Assembly: GCF_009914755.1 (NCBI RefSeq)
Contig: NC_060940.1
Reading direction: 5' to 3' (one strand)
Source of the DNA: the human T2T-CHM13v2.0 reference genome, Homo sapiens
DNA length: 64,000 nt
A model generated the notes under the pieces. That model made no database searches. It was not told the origin of the DNA and saw only the letters and a program-made list of their open reading frames with translations. Position 1 is the first letter of the stretch. Every line of letters begins with the position of its first letter. Below are positions 13,493-27,217 of this stretch, one piece after another. Both the position numbers and the translations under genes were made by a program.

Positions 13493-13816
13493 AGGCTGAG
13501 CTCTGACCCTAGTCATAGACCAAGCCCTGATCCTAATCATGGACTGAGCCCTGACTACAGTCATAAACTTGGCCCTGATCCTGATCCTGGACTGAGCCCT
13601 GATCCTGATCATGGGTTGAACCCTGACACTGGTCACAGACCAAGCCCTGATCCTGATCGTGGACTGAGCCCTGACCCTAGTCATAAACTTAGCCCTGATC
13701 CTGATCATGGACTGAGCCCTGCCCCTAGTCATAGACTGAGCCCTGATTCTGATCATGGACTGAGTCCTGACCCTAGTCATAGACTGTGCCCTGATTTTGA
13801 TCATGAACTCACCCCT
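13493..13816 (+). repeat. Degenerate 24-bp minisatellite, ~13 copies, in CDH5 intron 3
   Basis: Units GGACTGAGCCCTGATCCTGATCAT / AGACTGAGCCCTGACCCTAGTCAT; 8-aa periodicity in overlapping ORFs. Confidence 0.92.
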
Positions 13817-14531
13817 GGCCATCAGAGGCATATCTCACTACTCTTTGGAACAAACTTCACTCACTTCCTCTGACTGTCAGGACTAGCACACCAAGAGTGT
13901 AGCCTTTACATGTGACGACTGTCATGGCCTGCCACTAAGGCAAAAGGATTCATCTCTAGGGGCCATGCAGGAGTGGTGTGGGGGACAGAGCACTAGCCCC
14001 AAGGTATGTCACCAGCCTGGGCTCTGGGCTCAGGAGGTTACTACTCCACCTCTTCAGTACACCTCAGACTCCAGAGGGTGCCAGAAAAGAGCTTCCCTCT
14101 TCAGTCCAGAGTCTCCAGCCAGGGCCCTGGGACCAGACCTTCGGGTTGAGTGTGAGATCCTGGAGTTCAAGGGGATGCAAGAAATGACACCACTCCTTTG
14201 GGGGCACCTTTCCAGGAGAGGGAGAAGCAGCTCATTGCTGTCCTCCATTTCTCTCCCTGACCCCAACCCTCCGCCCCCTCCCTCATTTCCCCAGGAAGCA
14301 CACAAACCACCTGATCTCTTTGACCCCTTCAAGGTTGACCTGGCTGGGCCCCCACTGCCACCAGCACTTTGCCCCCATGCAGGCTCCTCAGAAAACAAAA
14401 CAGCCTTTTATTCCCAGGACCTGGGGGAGGTGGGGACAGAGCACAGCCTGAGCCCCATCTGCTCTGTTCCAGGAATGGGGTAAGGGGCCTAGCAGTCACA
14501 AGTCAGCAACCCCAGGATTCTCTCTCTGCAG

Positions 14532-14648
14532 GGACCTCAGTCATCTCTGTGACAGCAGTGGATGCAGACGACCCCACTGTGGGAGACCACGCCTCTGTCA
14601 TGTACCAAATCCTGAAGGGGAAAGAGTATTTTGCCATCGATAATTCTG
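14532..14648 (+). CDS. CDH5: VE-cadherin exon 4 (EC2)
   Basis: ctgcag/GG; TSVISVTAVDADDPTVGDHASVMYQILKGKEYFAIDNS; G/gtctgt; 117 nt. Confidence 0.98.
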
Positions 14649-15565
14649 GTCTGTGTGACTAACACTCCTGGACAGTCACTGATTTGGAGGGACAAGGGGA
14701 GGTGGATACTCCAGGTGCATGTGCTAAGGGAAGTCCAGTCTGACAGGTGTCACTAGCTACTGAACCACACTGTACCATGGAAGTAGTCAGTATCATATGT
14801 AAAGACAAGGCGGCTGGTCAAGGGAGAAGGAAGCAGGCAGGTGCCCAAGAGGTGGACTCAAGTCCAGGGAACAAAATCAGGATCTTGTTACCCAAGAAGT
14901 GGCCAAGGGGCAGCAGAGGATGGTGGCTAGCCGCTCTGGGTGCAGGTTCAGACAGATCTGGTTTCCAAAGCCAGCTCTGCCACTCACCCCCTCTAGAGAC
15001 CTTGGACAAATCAACTAACTTCTGCAAGCCTTAGTTCCCTCATCTAGGAGGTAGGAATGCTTATATTTATATCGTATGGTAGCTGTAAAGTTTGAGTTAG
15101 ATCATGTATAAAGGCAGCAAGGCCCATAGTAATTGCTTATGTGATGACTTAACAAAAAATATAAGGACTGACTCTTGGGAGCAAGAAAGAAGTCCAGTGG
15201 AACTGTCTTTCAGAGAGATGGCAAATACATAGCACAGATGCCACTACTATGCTACAGTGCACCAAGGCAGACATCACTAATCTATCACAGCACTCTTTCC
15301 ATCTGAGCCTAGATATGGCCTCATGGTCTTTGTCAACACAATATTTCAGGTGGCGAGGACCAATACCGAACCCAACTATTGGGCCAGCTTTGGCCTCACA
15401 GTATAGGCTATGGAGGTAGTGGGTTGTAGACTCACAGTTCTCAGCCCCATTTGCACAGTGGAATCACCAGGGAAGCTCTTAAGTCAGGTTCTCTCTGGGC
15501 AGGCCCTAGGCATCGGTATTTTCTAGAAGCTGGTAACATGGTTCCTGCTGGGAATCTTTTTGCAG

Positions 15566-15730
15566 GACGTATTATCACAATAACGAAAAGCTTGGACCGA
15601 GAGAAGCAGGCCAGGTATGAGATCGTGGTGGAAGCGCGAGATGCCCAGGGCCTCCGGGGGGACTCGGGCACGGCCACCGTGCTGGTCACTCTGCAAGACA
15701 TCAATGACAACTTCCCCTTCTTCACCCAGA
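15566..15730 (+). CDS. CDH5: VE-cadherin exon 5 (EC2)
   Basis: tttttgcag/GA; RIITITKSLDRE...DINDNFPFFTQ; A/gtgagc; 165 nt. Confidence 0.99.
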
Positions 15731-16319
15731 GTGAGCCCCTCCTCTAGGGCCCTGGGAAGGGGGGCTGGGATACCCCAGACTCAGTGACTTGGGGCTCTGG
15801 GAAAAGAGTTACAAATCACTTTACCTCTCCCTCTATCCCAGGGTAGGCCTGATGCCCAAAGGAGTCCTTTGGGTGAAGGGAGGGGCCCTGCTTCCATCCC
15901 AATACCACATTCCCAAGGCCATCCTGCCGCCCCCTGCCACAATCCCCTCATAGGCCAGAGGGAAATCCCACTCCCTGCTGGGTGCCACCACTGTACTGTG
16001 TCCCACCATGAGACACAAGCAGTTTCACCCAGATCCCATGGGCTTGGGAAAATCAAAGCCCTGAGACTCAGGTCCCAGCTAGAAATTCCCACAAGCCAGT
16101 GAACATGGGGACAGCAAAGTTCTATATCCAGAGCCAGGGCTGGGCCCTGACCCCACCTACACACTGATCCACCCCACAGAGAATGTCTAATGAGAGCTTT
16201 TCCCATGCCTGGGGCAGATGGCTCTCCACTTGCAACTCCCAGTGCTGATACTGTCATTCAGTTGTTCAGCCACCCTAGAGACAGGCCAATTGTCCTGAAG
16301 TGGCTTCCTCGTACATGGC

Positions 16320-16440
16320 ATAAGCTCCCTGAAGGCAGGACTTGTCTCTCTTGTCCATTGATAGGTCCCCTAGCAAAGTGCCTGGCATACAATAGGTGCT
16401 CAATAGCTATTTATTGGATGGAGGGATGGATGGATGGACA
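16320..16440. mobile_element. L2 3' end fragment
   Basis: taagctccctgaaggcaggact...cctggcatacaataggtgctcaata followed by (GGAT)n. Confidence 0.65.
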
Positions 16441-16610
16441 TACAGATAGGGAAGACCCTCTTTACCTTGAGAATCCCAGGGGTATTATTATTTATGATTA
16501 TTTTATTATGCCCATTTCTTTTATCAAAATATGTTAGAATAGCTGAAAGAGGCAATCGCCTTGTCTATCTCATTAACCCAAAGCCCTTTGGGGTGCTCTG
16601 TTTGCATCAG

Positions 16611-16798
16611 CCAAGTACACATTTGTCGTGCCTGAAGACACCCGTGTGGGCACCTCTGTGGGCTCTCTGTTTGTTGAGGACCCAGATGAGCCCCAGAACC
16701 GGATGACCAAGTACAGCATCTTGCGGGGCGACTACCAGGACGCTTTCACCATTGAGACAAACCCCGCCCACAACGAGGGCATCATCAAGCCCATGAAG
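16611..16798 (+). CDS. CDH5: VE-cadherin exon 6 (EC3)
   Basis: catcag/CC; KYTFVVPEDTRVGTSVG...NEGIIKPMK; AAG/gtttgt; 188 nt. Confidence 0.98.
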
Positions 16799-17601
16799 GT
16801 TTGTAGGCCAATGGCAACAATGTCAAACGTGAGGCTTGGGGCTCTTGGCACCCACAGGTCCTGCTTGGGGATTGCTCCTGGGCCAGAGACCATCAAAGGA
16901 CCATCAAAGCTCCAAGGTGGTCATGTGTTCATGGAGACTGTGATCCAGTGTCTTAGGCCGAGTTACTTGGGAAGCAAATCTTAAGGCCATGACTGGGTGT
17001 AAATTGTTTATCTGGGAGGTGATCCCAGGAAGCCCCAGGAGCAATGACCCACTGCGGGGTAAGTGTGGAACACATCCCAGAGTTGGAGAAGCTGAGGGTG
17101 AAGGAGCTGGGGTATTTATACACCCGCTGTCTGTGGTGTTGACTGGGGGCTGCCCCTGGAGTTATTACCTCTCTGGCACTTTCTGGCCTGCCATGTGTCC
17201 TGGCCAGTAGAAATCCATCAGCATGAAGAAAACAGTGAGTAATTGTGGTGACATGGATGGCCACTGACACTGGATGCTGCTGACAGCCAGAGAAGCCAGA
17301 TTAACTGAATCTGGAAGAGGAGGGAGAGGTCCTGTGAGGGGCATAAAAAATGCCTCTGGAATGGCCATGCAGAGGATTGCAAGTCCTGGGCCTGAGTCCT
17401 TCTCTGAACCAGCCCCATGCTGGGGCTTGGAAACACCAAGGAGAGGCAGACACAGCCTCCAGTGTCAGCAAAGGTCTCAGTGAATGGGGAAGACATATGC
17501 ATGAACAAAAAAAGTACAGCCAGGTGTAAGTGATACACAGCAGCTCTGAACAGGGAGCAATTACCTCTGCTAGGAGGGGTTTCTGAGAGAGCATCTGATT
17601 A

Positions 17602-18004
<403 letters not shown>

Positions 18005-18343
18005 TTAAGGACCTGTGGGTAGAACCACTAGTGACGCTCTTAAGAGCAGGACCATAGTTGATCCATTCTATGTCCCAAACGCTGGAAATAGGGCCAGGCA
18101 CACAGCCAGGGTTGTGGGTGTGGCCATGAGGCTGCTGAGATGAAATGGGGAGCAGCTGAAGACAGACACCAGGCCCAGCCGCTGTCTTGATGACCTCAGA
18201 AATATCACTTGTCGAGGCCATGGGCCCCTCATCTATAAAATGGGTGTCATCCTGGTACTACCTTGCATAGTTGCTGTGCAGATCATGTGCCACACACATG
18301 CTTGGCCCAGAGCAGGCACTCACCATCCTTTTTCCTTACGCAG

Positions 18344-18591
18344 CCTCTGGATTATGAATACATCCAGCAATACAGCTTCATCGTCGAGGCCACAGACCCC
18401 ACCATCGACCTCCGATACATGAGCCCTCCCGCGGGAAACAGAGCCCAGGTCATTATCAACATCACAGATGTGGACGAGCCCCCCATTTTCCAGCAGCCTT
18501 TCTACCACTTCCAGCTGAAGGAAAACCAGAAGAAGCCTCTGATTGGCACAGTGCTGGCCATGGACCCTGATGCGGCTAGGCATAGCATTGG
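18344..18591 (+). CDS. CDH5: VE-cadherin exon 7 (EC3/EC4)
   Basis: acgcag/CCT; PLDYEYIQQY...DVDEPP...DPDAARHSIG; GG/gtaagg; 248 nt. Confidence 0.99.
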
Positions 18592-19518
18592 GTAAGGGGG
18601 CGTGTGTCGATGAGAATGATAAGGACAATCCGGCCTGGATGTTCCTATGCCTGCTGGTCTGAGGCCAGGACTCAGAGAGGGGAACTGGCTTCTCCTAGCA
18701 CTTACAGGGAAAGTGACAGAGGCAAGACCAGAAGCCCAAGCTCTTGCACTTGGCAGCCTGGCATCTTGACCTGCCTGGACTCCCCCACCTAGCATGGTCC
18801 TGGGCATCCAGAGCTACTTGTCCTCTGTCCGGCCTTGAAGGCTTATTCTCTGCACCACAGCTCTCACCAGTCCTATGTGGTAAGATCTGACAGTCAAGAA
18901 AGCAACCAATCAGACGACACACCAGAGGCCCCTTCACTAAAACTGTATTCTTGAATCTATCTTCCCCAAACCACAAAAGTAAGAAGTGTTCATTTTATAC
19001 AGTGAAACAACACAGAGATCTACCAAGAAAACACTGATAACCCCCACTCTCAGATAACTCATGTTCGTGGCCTAACCTGGTCCTATTGCTCCTTTCTTTT
19101 CGTGACCACACAAACATGTGGATGCATTTATGGTGGGTTTGTTGTTGTCTGTTTGCTTTTGATGTTTGATTGTTTTAAAATTTTTTTGGATCATGCCATG
19201 CTGGTTTCATCGATATTTGCTCTTCTATCTTAACTAAATTTCTCTTTTACAATCTTTAGAAAAAAATGATATAGTTCCAACAGATACTTTTTAGAGCCAT
19301 ATAATATGCAATAGTAAGTATAAATTCAATTCAATCTTATTTTATTGTAGATGCATAGCTGATTTTGCCAGCACCATTTACTAAATATTATAATAATAAG
19401 TCATCGTTTTCCCACCTTCATTATATACTAAGTTTTCTGTATATACCTGTATCTACTTCTAATTCTCTGTCCTATCCATCATTCTATAGCAAAGCTATTC
19501 TGTTTTATTCTACTAGCT

Positions 19519-19878
19519 TGTATAAGTCCATTCTCCTATAAAGAAATAGTTAAGACTGGGTAATTTATAAAGAAAAGAGGTTTAACAGGAAGTATAGTGG
19601 CTTCTCCTTCTGGGGAGGCCTCAGAAAACTTACAGTCCTGGGGAAGCAGGCACGTCTTACACGGCCAGAACAGGAGTGGGAAGGGAGTTGTTACACACTT
19701 TTCAACAACCTGGTCTCATGATAACTCACTAGCTTGAGAACAGAACCTAGGGGATGGAGCTAACCCATTCATGAGAACTCTGTCCCATGGTCTATCCACC
19801 TCCCACCAGGGCCCACCTCCAACACTGGGGATTACATTTCAACATGAGATTCGGTGGGGACACAGATCCAAACCATAT
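19519..19878 (-). mobile_element. MaLR LTR (MSTA/MSTB-like) within AT-rich old L1 sequence
   Basis: gactgggtaatttataaagaaaagaggtttaa...catgagattcggtggggacacagatccaaaccata. Confidence 0.8.
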
Positions 19879-21079
19879 AGCTTTACACTAGATCTTAGAT
19901 ATACATAAAAGTCCTTCCCATGTTGCTTTTTTATTTGATATAATTTTTTGTCAACTCTCATTTTTTCTTTTGTGAAATTTAAAATTTTGTATCCAGGTTT
20001 TTTAAACATTAGAATTCTAGTGTTTATATATTAATTTTGGTATAGCTAATGTTTCAAGGGTATTAAGTCTTCTTATTAAGGACAAAATATGTTCTTCCAT
20101 TTTGGCCTCATATCCTAAGTTTTGGGACTACTCTTCATTGCCATTCTTTTCTAAATAGCCTGTAATTATAATTTTTGTTTCTCCTTTGATCCAAGGGTTT
20201 ATTTAAGAGATTGACTTGATTTCTTTATTTTCATTTATAAGTCATAGGGTGTTTTTTTTGTTTTGCTTTAGCTTGTTCTGTGATGTGATACAATTGTATT
20301 TGTGTCCACTTCTTCCTAGAATATCTAAGTTTTGACTTTATGTATTTAAATTTTTCTATTCAGTTAACAAAGGTTTGCAACTATTTTACCTTCATTATGG
20401 TTTGTAACTTTCATCCAAATGTAATTAGCCAATTTGTTCTGCTTAAATATTTTGCCTTTAATTCTGTTTCCTGATGTTACATTTGTTAGTCCTGTTTTCA
20501 TGTTATTCATATACGCCTAATGCAAATTTTCCAACCTTTACTTTTAATTTTTCCAGGTCATTTGGCATTAAGTTGTCTCTTGAAAACAAGAATGCATTTG
20601 GCTTTGCTTTTTAATCTAAACTGAAATGCTTTGTGTTTAACCTATTTACATTTTTCATCATAATTGATATGTTTGATGTTCCTTCTTTTATCTTGTTTTA
20701 CATTTCTCATTTATCAAATTTAATGGCTTTTTTCTTTTTCCTCATCTTTGCTATACAGTCTATGTTTCTTTATTTTTTTTTCTCCTAGATATTTGGATGA
20801 GGTGCATCCATTTTTATTTCTACCAGTGAGATTTACTTCTATCTGCAAAATTTAAAATGTTTTCTTGGACCTATATTTTCTAGTTAAAACTATTATAGAC
20901 ATACACACACCCATTGCTTTTCTATGTATGATAAAAAAAATCAATAGTTTTGTTTTAATTCTTCCCATGCCAGGTTTTTACTTTATATTGAGATGTTTAG
21001 TTAGATACAGTAAGTTTTCAAAAAAAAATTCAGGACACAAATATCTTAGTTCTTTGCCTTTTTTGGGGGGTGGGGGGGA

Positions 21080-21223
21080 CAGGTTCTTCCTCTGTCACCC
21101 AGGCTAGAGTGCAGTGGCACAACCATAGCTCACTACAGCCTTGAACATCTAGGCTGAAGCAACCCTCCCACCTCAGCCTCTGAGTATCTGGGACTACAGG
21201 CACACACCACCACACCAGGCTAA

Positions 21224-21264
<41 letters not shown>

Positions 21265-21390
21265 GTGAGACAGGGTCTCACTCTGTCACCTGGGCTGGGC
21301 TGGTCTTGAACTCCTGGCCTCAAGCAAACCTCCAGCTTCAGCCTCTCCCAAAGCACTCAAATTACAGATGTGAGCCACCATGCCCAACCT
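21080..21390 (-). mobile_element. AluJ-like with expanded middle T tract
   Basis: Reverse Alu with a T run at ~21226-21263. Confidence 0.88.
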
Positions 21391-22260
21391 TGCCTTCTAA
21401 TAACACCTAGATGTATTCGTATAATCCTCAGATTATAAACACTTCCCTTCAAAAATACTATCAATGTATTCTAGTATTTAATTTTGTGGGGGCATCTGAG
21501 GCAAATCTGATTTTTCTTTCCTCATAAGGAAATTATTTCTTTCTGTCTGGACTCTTTTCAGTTTCTTCACACAGCCTTGAAATTCGTAAGTGTCATCAGG
21601 ATTTGCCTAAGTATTGGGGTTTTTTTCAATGATGCCTGATGTCAATGACATCTTATAATGTGTAGACTCAAGCCTTTCTTCAGATCAGGAAACTTTTCTT
21701 TTCTTTTTTTTTTTTTTTTTTTTTTTGTTATTTCTTCTGTTCTGTTTGTTCTGGGATTTTCCTCATTAATAGCAACTATTATTCCTATATACACAAAACA
21801 TATATATTTATCTTTCCATAGATTTTTCCTGATTTCTGAAAGAACTTTTTAAGTTTTTTATTTCACAAAGTTAATTTCTTTGTAATTACTTCTTATCTCT
21901 TCCAGCTCTTTTTGTATTCCTTCCTGGCTCTTGCCCAATGATCTTTTCATTAATCACTAAAACAAGTCCCAGCTATGGTGTGATGTCACCTGTTCAGCTC
22001 TGAAAGTGCATCTGATGGTCTCAGGTACCACCTCCAGTCCAGTGATGGCAATGTAACTAAGATCAAAGACATTATCTTGCTATCCTGAATCCCTCTGTGT
22101 AGGTCCGCTCTTGTCTGAGTGGCAGAGTGCAATGAGCAGTGAGAGAGGGGCATGGAGTGGGATGCAGGGGACAGATGCAGAAGGGCCTTGTCCATCATGC
22201 TGAGGAGTGTAGACTCAGCAAAGAACAATGGAAAGCCATGAAACTCTCTCCCCTGGGCAG

Positions 22261-22403
22261 ATACTCCATCCGCAGGACCAGTGACAAGGGCCAGTTCTTC
22301 CGAGTCACAAAAAAGGGGGACATTTACAATGAGAAAGAACTGGACAGAGAAGTCTACCCCTGGTATAACCTGACTGTGGAGGCCAAAGAACTGGATTCCA
22401 CTG
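22261..22403 (+). CDS. CDH5: VE-cadherin exon 8 (EC4)
   Basis: gggcag/A; YSIRRTSDKGQFF...LDREVYPWYNLTVEAKELDST; G/gtgagt; 143 nt. Confidence 0.99.
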
Positions 22404-23421
22404 GTGAGTGGCCACATCTGCCAGGGCACCTGGATTCTTTTCCTTTTCCCTCATTCTTCCAAAACTGGCATAATCAATAATTTGGGGTCTCTAGACGTAT
22501 TAGAAGTTCCTGCTGAAGCACCCGCTGGTTGGGATGCTATAGAGCTCCCATGCCCAAGTGTGGTCCTTGAACCCAGCAGTATCAACATCCCCTGAGACCT
22601 TGTTGCATCTCGGGCCTCACCCCCACACTGAATCGGAATCTCATGCATGTCACAGTTTGAAAACCACTGTCATGAAACAGGCTGTGCAGATGTCTCTGTG
22701 ACGAGAATCACCCAAGTCACCTATTAAGCATAAAGCTCTACTCCACCCTGCAGGTTCTGGTCCAGCGAGCCAGAGATGTGCATTTAACAAGGGTCCCATG
22801 ATTCTTAGTATCATGGCTGTTTGGGAAATGTTCCTTCAGAGGGTGTTTATGCACCAGTTAATAGGTAGAATTCAAAATGTGAAGCAGCTTCCAATTTTGA
22901 GATTGTGAGTTTCTCTAGAAATTGTGTAATTTTTGCCAGAGGGAGGGGCAAGAGTTGGAGTTTTGCATCCTCTATCTATATTAGAAAATCACAATCACCC
23001 TCCAGGAGAACTATTAATACTCCCACTTTACCCAGGAGCCCGCCAGGCCAAGGATCCCTGGCGCCTGCCGGGCCCACCCAGACTCACTTCTGCCAACACA
23101 GCTGCTGCCCCAAACTGTAATGGACTCCTGCATGTTTGGCCAGATCAGTCTTTGCTTCTTTCTCCTCCACATAATCCCATTCATAGACTCTTTACATTTA
23201 AATGGTTTAAAATACGGAAAATACAGAAAATGAGAAGAAAATACTCCTCCCACCAATGCCACCATGCAGAGACAGTTACTATTAGCACATTCATGTATTT
23301 TTATTTTTATACATATTTTTATACTTACATGAGATTGTAATGTTTGTGTAAGATATTATATTCCACATTTTTACTTAACCTTTACTTAACCTTATTCCAG
23401 AACCACTTTCTCATGGTACTA

Positions 23422-23722
23422 ATTTTTTTTTTAAGAGAGAAACAGGGTCTCACTCTGTTGTCCAGGATGAAGTGCAGTGGCACGATCACAGCTCACTGCA
23501 GCCTCTAATTCCTGAGTTCAAATGATCCTCCCACCTCAGCCTCCTGAGCAGCTGGGACTACAGGCGTGCACCACATTGCCCAGCAAATGTCTTAATTTTT
23601 TTTGTAGAGATGGGGTCTCACCATGTTTCCCAGGCTTGTCTCCAACTCTGGGCCCCAAGCAATCCTCCCTTCTAGGCCTTTCAAAGTATGAAATTACAGG
23701 GGTGAGCCACAGCACCCGGCCT
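23422..23722 (-). mobile_element. AluJ-like
   Basis: Reverse Alu consensus. Confidence 0.88.
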
Positions 23723-24182
23723 TAAAATTTTTTTTAATTATATGTTTAAGATGTAAGTGACATAGGCATTGTCAGTGGCCATCCATTTCAGTCTTTTCCG
23801 GTAGCCTAGTTTACTGACCCAATCTCACTTAGGTTGTTTACCTTTTCAATTCTTTTATGATTAATTTATTATGTTTTATGTATTTAATCAAATAATTAAA
23901 TTTTTAATTTTAGGAATTTAATTACAATTTTTTTAATGCACTTAGGTGGTTTACCTTTTTGATTCTCATAATCAAAGTAATACCTCAGTAAACCTTATGG
24001 ATGAGATTTAACACCTCCCCCCACCAAACTCCTTTTATCCAGAACACCATCCTGGGCCTCTGTTCCACAGCCTCCTCCTGCAAAAAGTGGCCTCCATAGG
24101 GCAGCCCTCCTTCCACACATCTTCCACCGCCCAAGGCCAGCATCAGCTGAGCCCATAATGGTGACAGTCTTCTCCCCTGCAG

Positions 24183-24307
24183 GAACCCCCACAGGAAAAG
24201 AATCCATTGTGCAAGTCCACATTGAAGTTTTGGATGAGAATGACAATGCCCCGGAGTTTGCCAAGCCCTACCAGCCCAAAGTGTGTGAGAACGCTGTCCA
24301 TGGCCAG
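24183..24307 (+). CDS. CDH5: VE-cadherin exon 9 (EC4/EC5)
   Basis: ctgcag/GA; TPTGKESIVQVHIEVLDENDNAPEF...VHGQ; CAG/gtgagt; 125 nt. Confidence 0.99.
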
Positions 24308-24656
24308 GTGAGTCTGGTTCAGGTGGGAGGGGAAGGCAGCACCACCCTGGGGCAGGCTGGGGGGCAGAACTGCTCAACAGAGTCAGCAGGAGTTCCCCTG
24401 TACAATAGCCTTGAGGAAAATAACATTATGCCCATTTTACAGATGGAGAAACTGAGGCTCAGAGGGAATATATGGGGAGTAGATTGGCGGGGCAGGGAAG
24501 TAGAAAGAATGGCTTTATGAAGAACTAAATAGGTGAGTGTTGCAGGTGGGAAACAGCCATGGTCAGGACTTAAACCCAAAGGCTCCATCGCTAAACCTCA
24601 GACCACCCCACCACCCCACCACCATCACTGACCATCTCCTGTCTTCCACACTCCAG

Positions 24657-24762
24657 CTGGTCCTGCAGATCTCCGCAATAGACAAGGACATAACACCACG
24701 AAACGTGAAGTTCAAATTCACCTTGAATACTGAGAACAACTTTACCCTCACGGATAATCACG
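24657..24762 (+). CDS. CDH5: VE-cadherin exon 10 (EC5)
   Basis: ctccag/CTG; LVLQISAIDKDITPRNVKFKFTLNTENNFTLTDNH; G/gtaggc; 106 nt. Confidence 0.98.
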
Positions 24763-24785
24763 GTAGGCATCAAAGTAATCAGTTC

Positions 24786-24942
24786 AGCTGGGCGTGATGA
24801 CCCACACCTGTAGTCTCAGCTACTCAGGAGGCTGAGGCAGGAAGATCGCTTGAGCCCAGGAGTTTGAGGCTGCAGTGAGCTATGATCACATCACTGCACT
24901 CCAGCCCGGGCGACAGAGCGAGACCCCGTCTCCAAAAAAAGA
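24786..24942 (+). mobile_element. Alu right monomer (FRAM-like), 24 nt after the exon 10 donor
   Basis: cctgtagtctcagctactcaggagg...ctgcactccagcccgggcgacagagcgagac plus A tail. Confidence 0.85.
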
Positions 24943-26971
24943 ACAAATGCAGTCAGTTGGCTCTAACAGGGTCGGGGTGAGGTTATTTGAGTCTTGAGGC
25001 ACCAAGGTCAAAGACCAGGCCAACAAATTGAGGGCAGGCTCCCACTGGGATTTTCAAATCATTAGATATTTTGTACAATTTCTGCCACATACATTGTACA
25101 ATTGGTCTATGCAATGGTCAGAGACACTCCATCCAAACTCCCAAGTCCACGTCGCCTGCAAGGAGCCAGCGAGGAGTACAGAACAGATGTGAGGATGCAG
25201 GCAGTCAGCTCAGTTCAAGAACTAGCCAAGGAGTCCCCTCCCATACTGGAGGCTCTATGGGTCAGCAAAACTGCACATTAAACATGGAACTTTGAGGTCA
25301 TTCCCAAAGAGTCAAAACTGGAAATGTGAAATCCTAAATCCCAAGGATCCAGTGAGCTTTGTTTTAATTCAGCTACAACGATTACTCACGATTAGCAGGG
25401 TGGCCCGTGTGATGGCATTAGCAGCCAATCAGAGCTTCTGAGGAGTAGGTGCTGACTTAAGTGATGATGCTGAGTTGACTTCATTCCAGCCACAAGTAGG
25501 CAAGCTTCCATGGCCTCTGAAATTTCCTCAAAAAAATAGAGAAAATTCCCCTTGGGTTTAAATAGAGTGATCCTTCACCTAGCATGGGATGGAATTCCTG
25601 CCTGTCCCTAATGGGCAAAACTATGGTGGATGAGGATGGCTGTATTGCAGCAGCCCATTACTACATTTAAGGAAGACTGGGGAGTGGGGTCCCTGAAAGT
25701 TGGAGGCAGACTTGAGGGATCAACCACAGACCAGTCCTTAAGGAGACTCCTGTGGGATGGAGAAGGTGGCCCTGATGTGTTGACAGTCAATGACAGACCA
25801 TTCAACACCCAGTTGTCATTAGAAGTAAATAATGTGGCAAAAATGTCACCCCCTCCCCAATGTCCACCTCAGTCCCATCTCAGAGTGGGGATCTGCAATA
25901 CAGTAGAAAGATTCAGTGCCACCCCAAAGACACCCATATACAATAGGAGGCAAGTCTGTTGGTGTCAAATTCACTTATATCATGAACATCCTGCATGTCA
26001 AAATCTCTAGTTTCTCCCATAAGTGTCAATGACATATAGTTTATTTTGAAATATAATAGACTTAATGCTGAAATGTAATTATGAATAATGAAATATAATT
26101 GGCTTTCATTCAAAATCGAAAAGATGGATTCCTGGGTTTTTCAATCCAGTGTGTGGAGCCTGTGTAGCTAAGTAAATCCTGGAGTAGGGAGTTCCTGGAT
26201 CCTTCTCTGATCGTTGACATTACAACCTCCTGGGACCCTGCAAAAGGCAGATTATCTGGCCTCTGCCCAGAACCACTGAATAAGAAGTGTGTGTGAGCAT
26301 AGGGGTCTGAAAATCAGCATGTTTTAAAAGCTCCCTGGGGGATTCTTGGGTACAGGAAACCACTGATTGGATCTGGGAAGGTGGGCGGGGCCAATATTTG
26401 GACAAAAGCATTTCCCAGTTCCAAACTGCCTGGGAAACCCGCAATTCTATATGTAATCATTTTCTCTGTGCCCCAAGGGACATGCCCATTGTTTTTACTG
26501 TTTTCAACAATGTAACAATGGATTTTCAGAGAGAGCAGAAGCTGCCTTAGAAATTAGCCTAATGCTAAAAGACTTTTTAAAACTTTATTTTTCCCCGCTG
26601 CTTGTCAAAGCTTGAAACGGAGCATTAATTAATTGAGCTGAAAGAGAAAACCTCCTGTTACTGGAGTGGGGTTAGGGAAGAGGAAGGGGAGAGGCATCAG
26701 TTGCCCACAAATACAGAAAGCAAAGGATTTGACCTTCTTTCACCAAGGCATCCTTGGAGATTGGGTCAAAGCAGCTGCCCCAAAATATCCCCTCTGTGGC
26801 GGAACAGACCTGCACTCAGATGGCTGAAACAAGAGGCGCTGGGTGCAAAGGGCAGAAAAGCAGCCCAGCGAGCACGCAGGCTGGTGCAGTCAGGGAGGGC
26901 TTCCTGGAGGAGCCAGGTTTCCCCATCTGTGCAGATGGCAAAGCCTGACTCCGAGGCCTTGGTGTTTCCAG

Positions 26972-27217
26972 ATAACACGGCCAACATCACAGTCAAGTAT
27001 GGGCAGTTTGACCGGGAGCATACCAAGGTCCACTTCCTACCCGTGGTCATCTCAGACAATGGGATGCCAAGTCGCACGGGCACCAGCACGCTGACCGTGG
27101 CCGTGTGCAAGTGCAACGAGCAGGGCGAGTTCACCTTCTGCGAGGATATGGCCGCCCAGGTGGGCGTGAGCATCCAGGCAGTGGTAGCCATCTTACTCTG
27201 CATCCTCACCATCACAG
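26972..27217 (+). CDS. CDH5: VE-cadherin exon 11 (EC5 and first part of TM helix)
   Basis: ttccag/AT; NTANITVKYGQFDRE...VCKC...AVVAILLCILTIT; G/gtcagt; 246 nt. Confidence 0.99.

Noticed and set aside
13463-13873. Repetitive ORFs (IRIRAQSM / SPDPDHGL) and a CRISPR-like look
   Set aside because: Tandem 24-bp minisatellite with no unique spacers, in a eukaryotic intron
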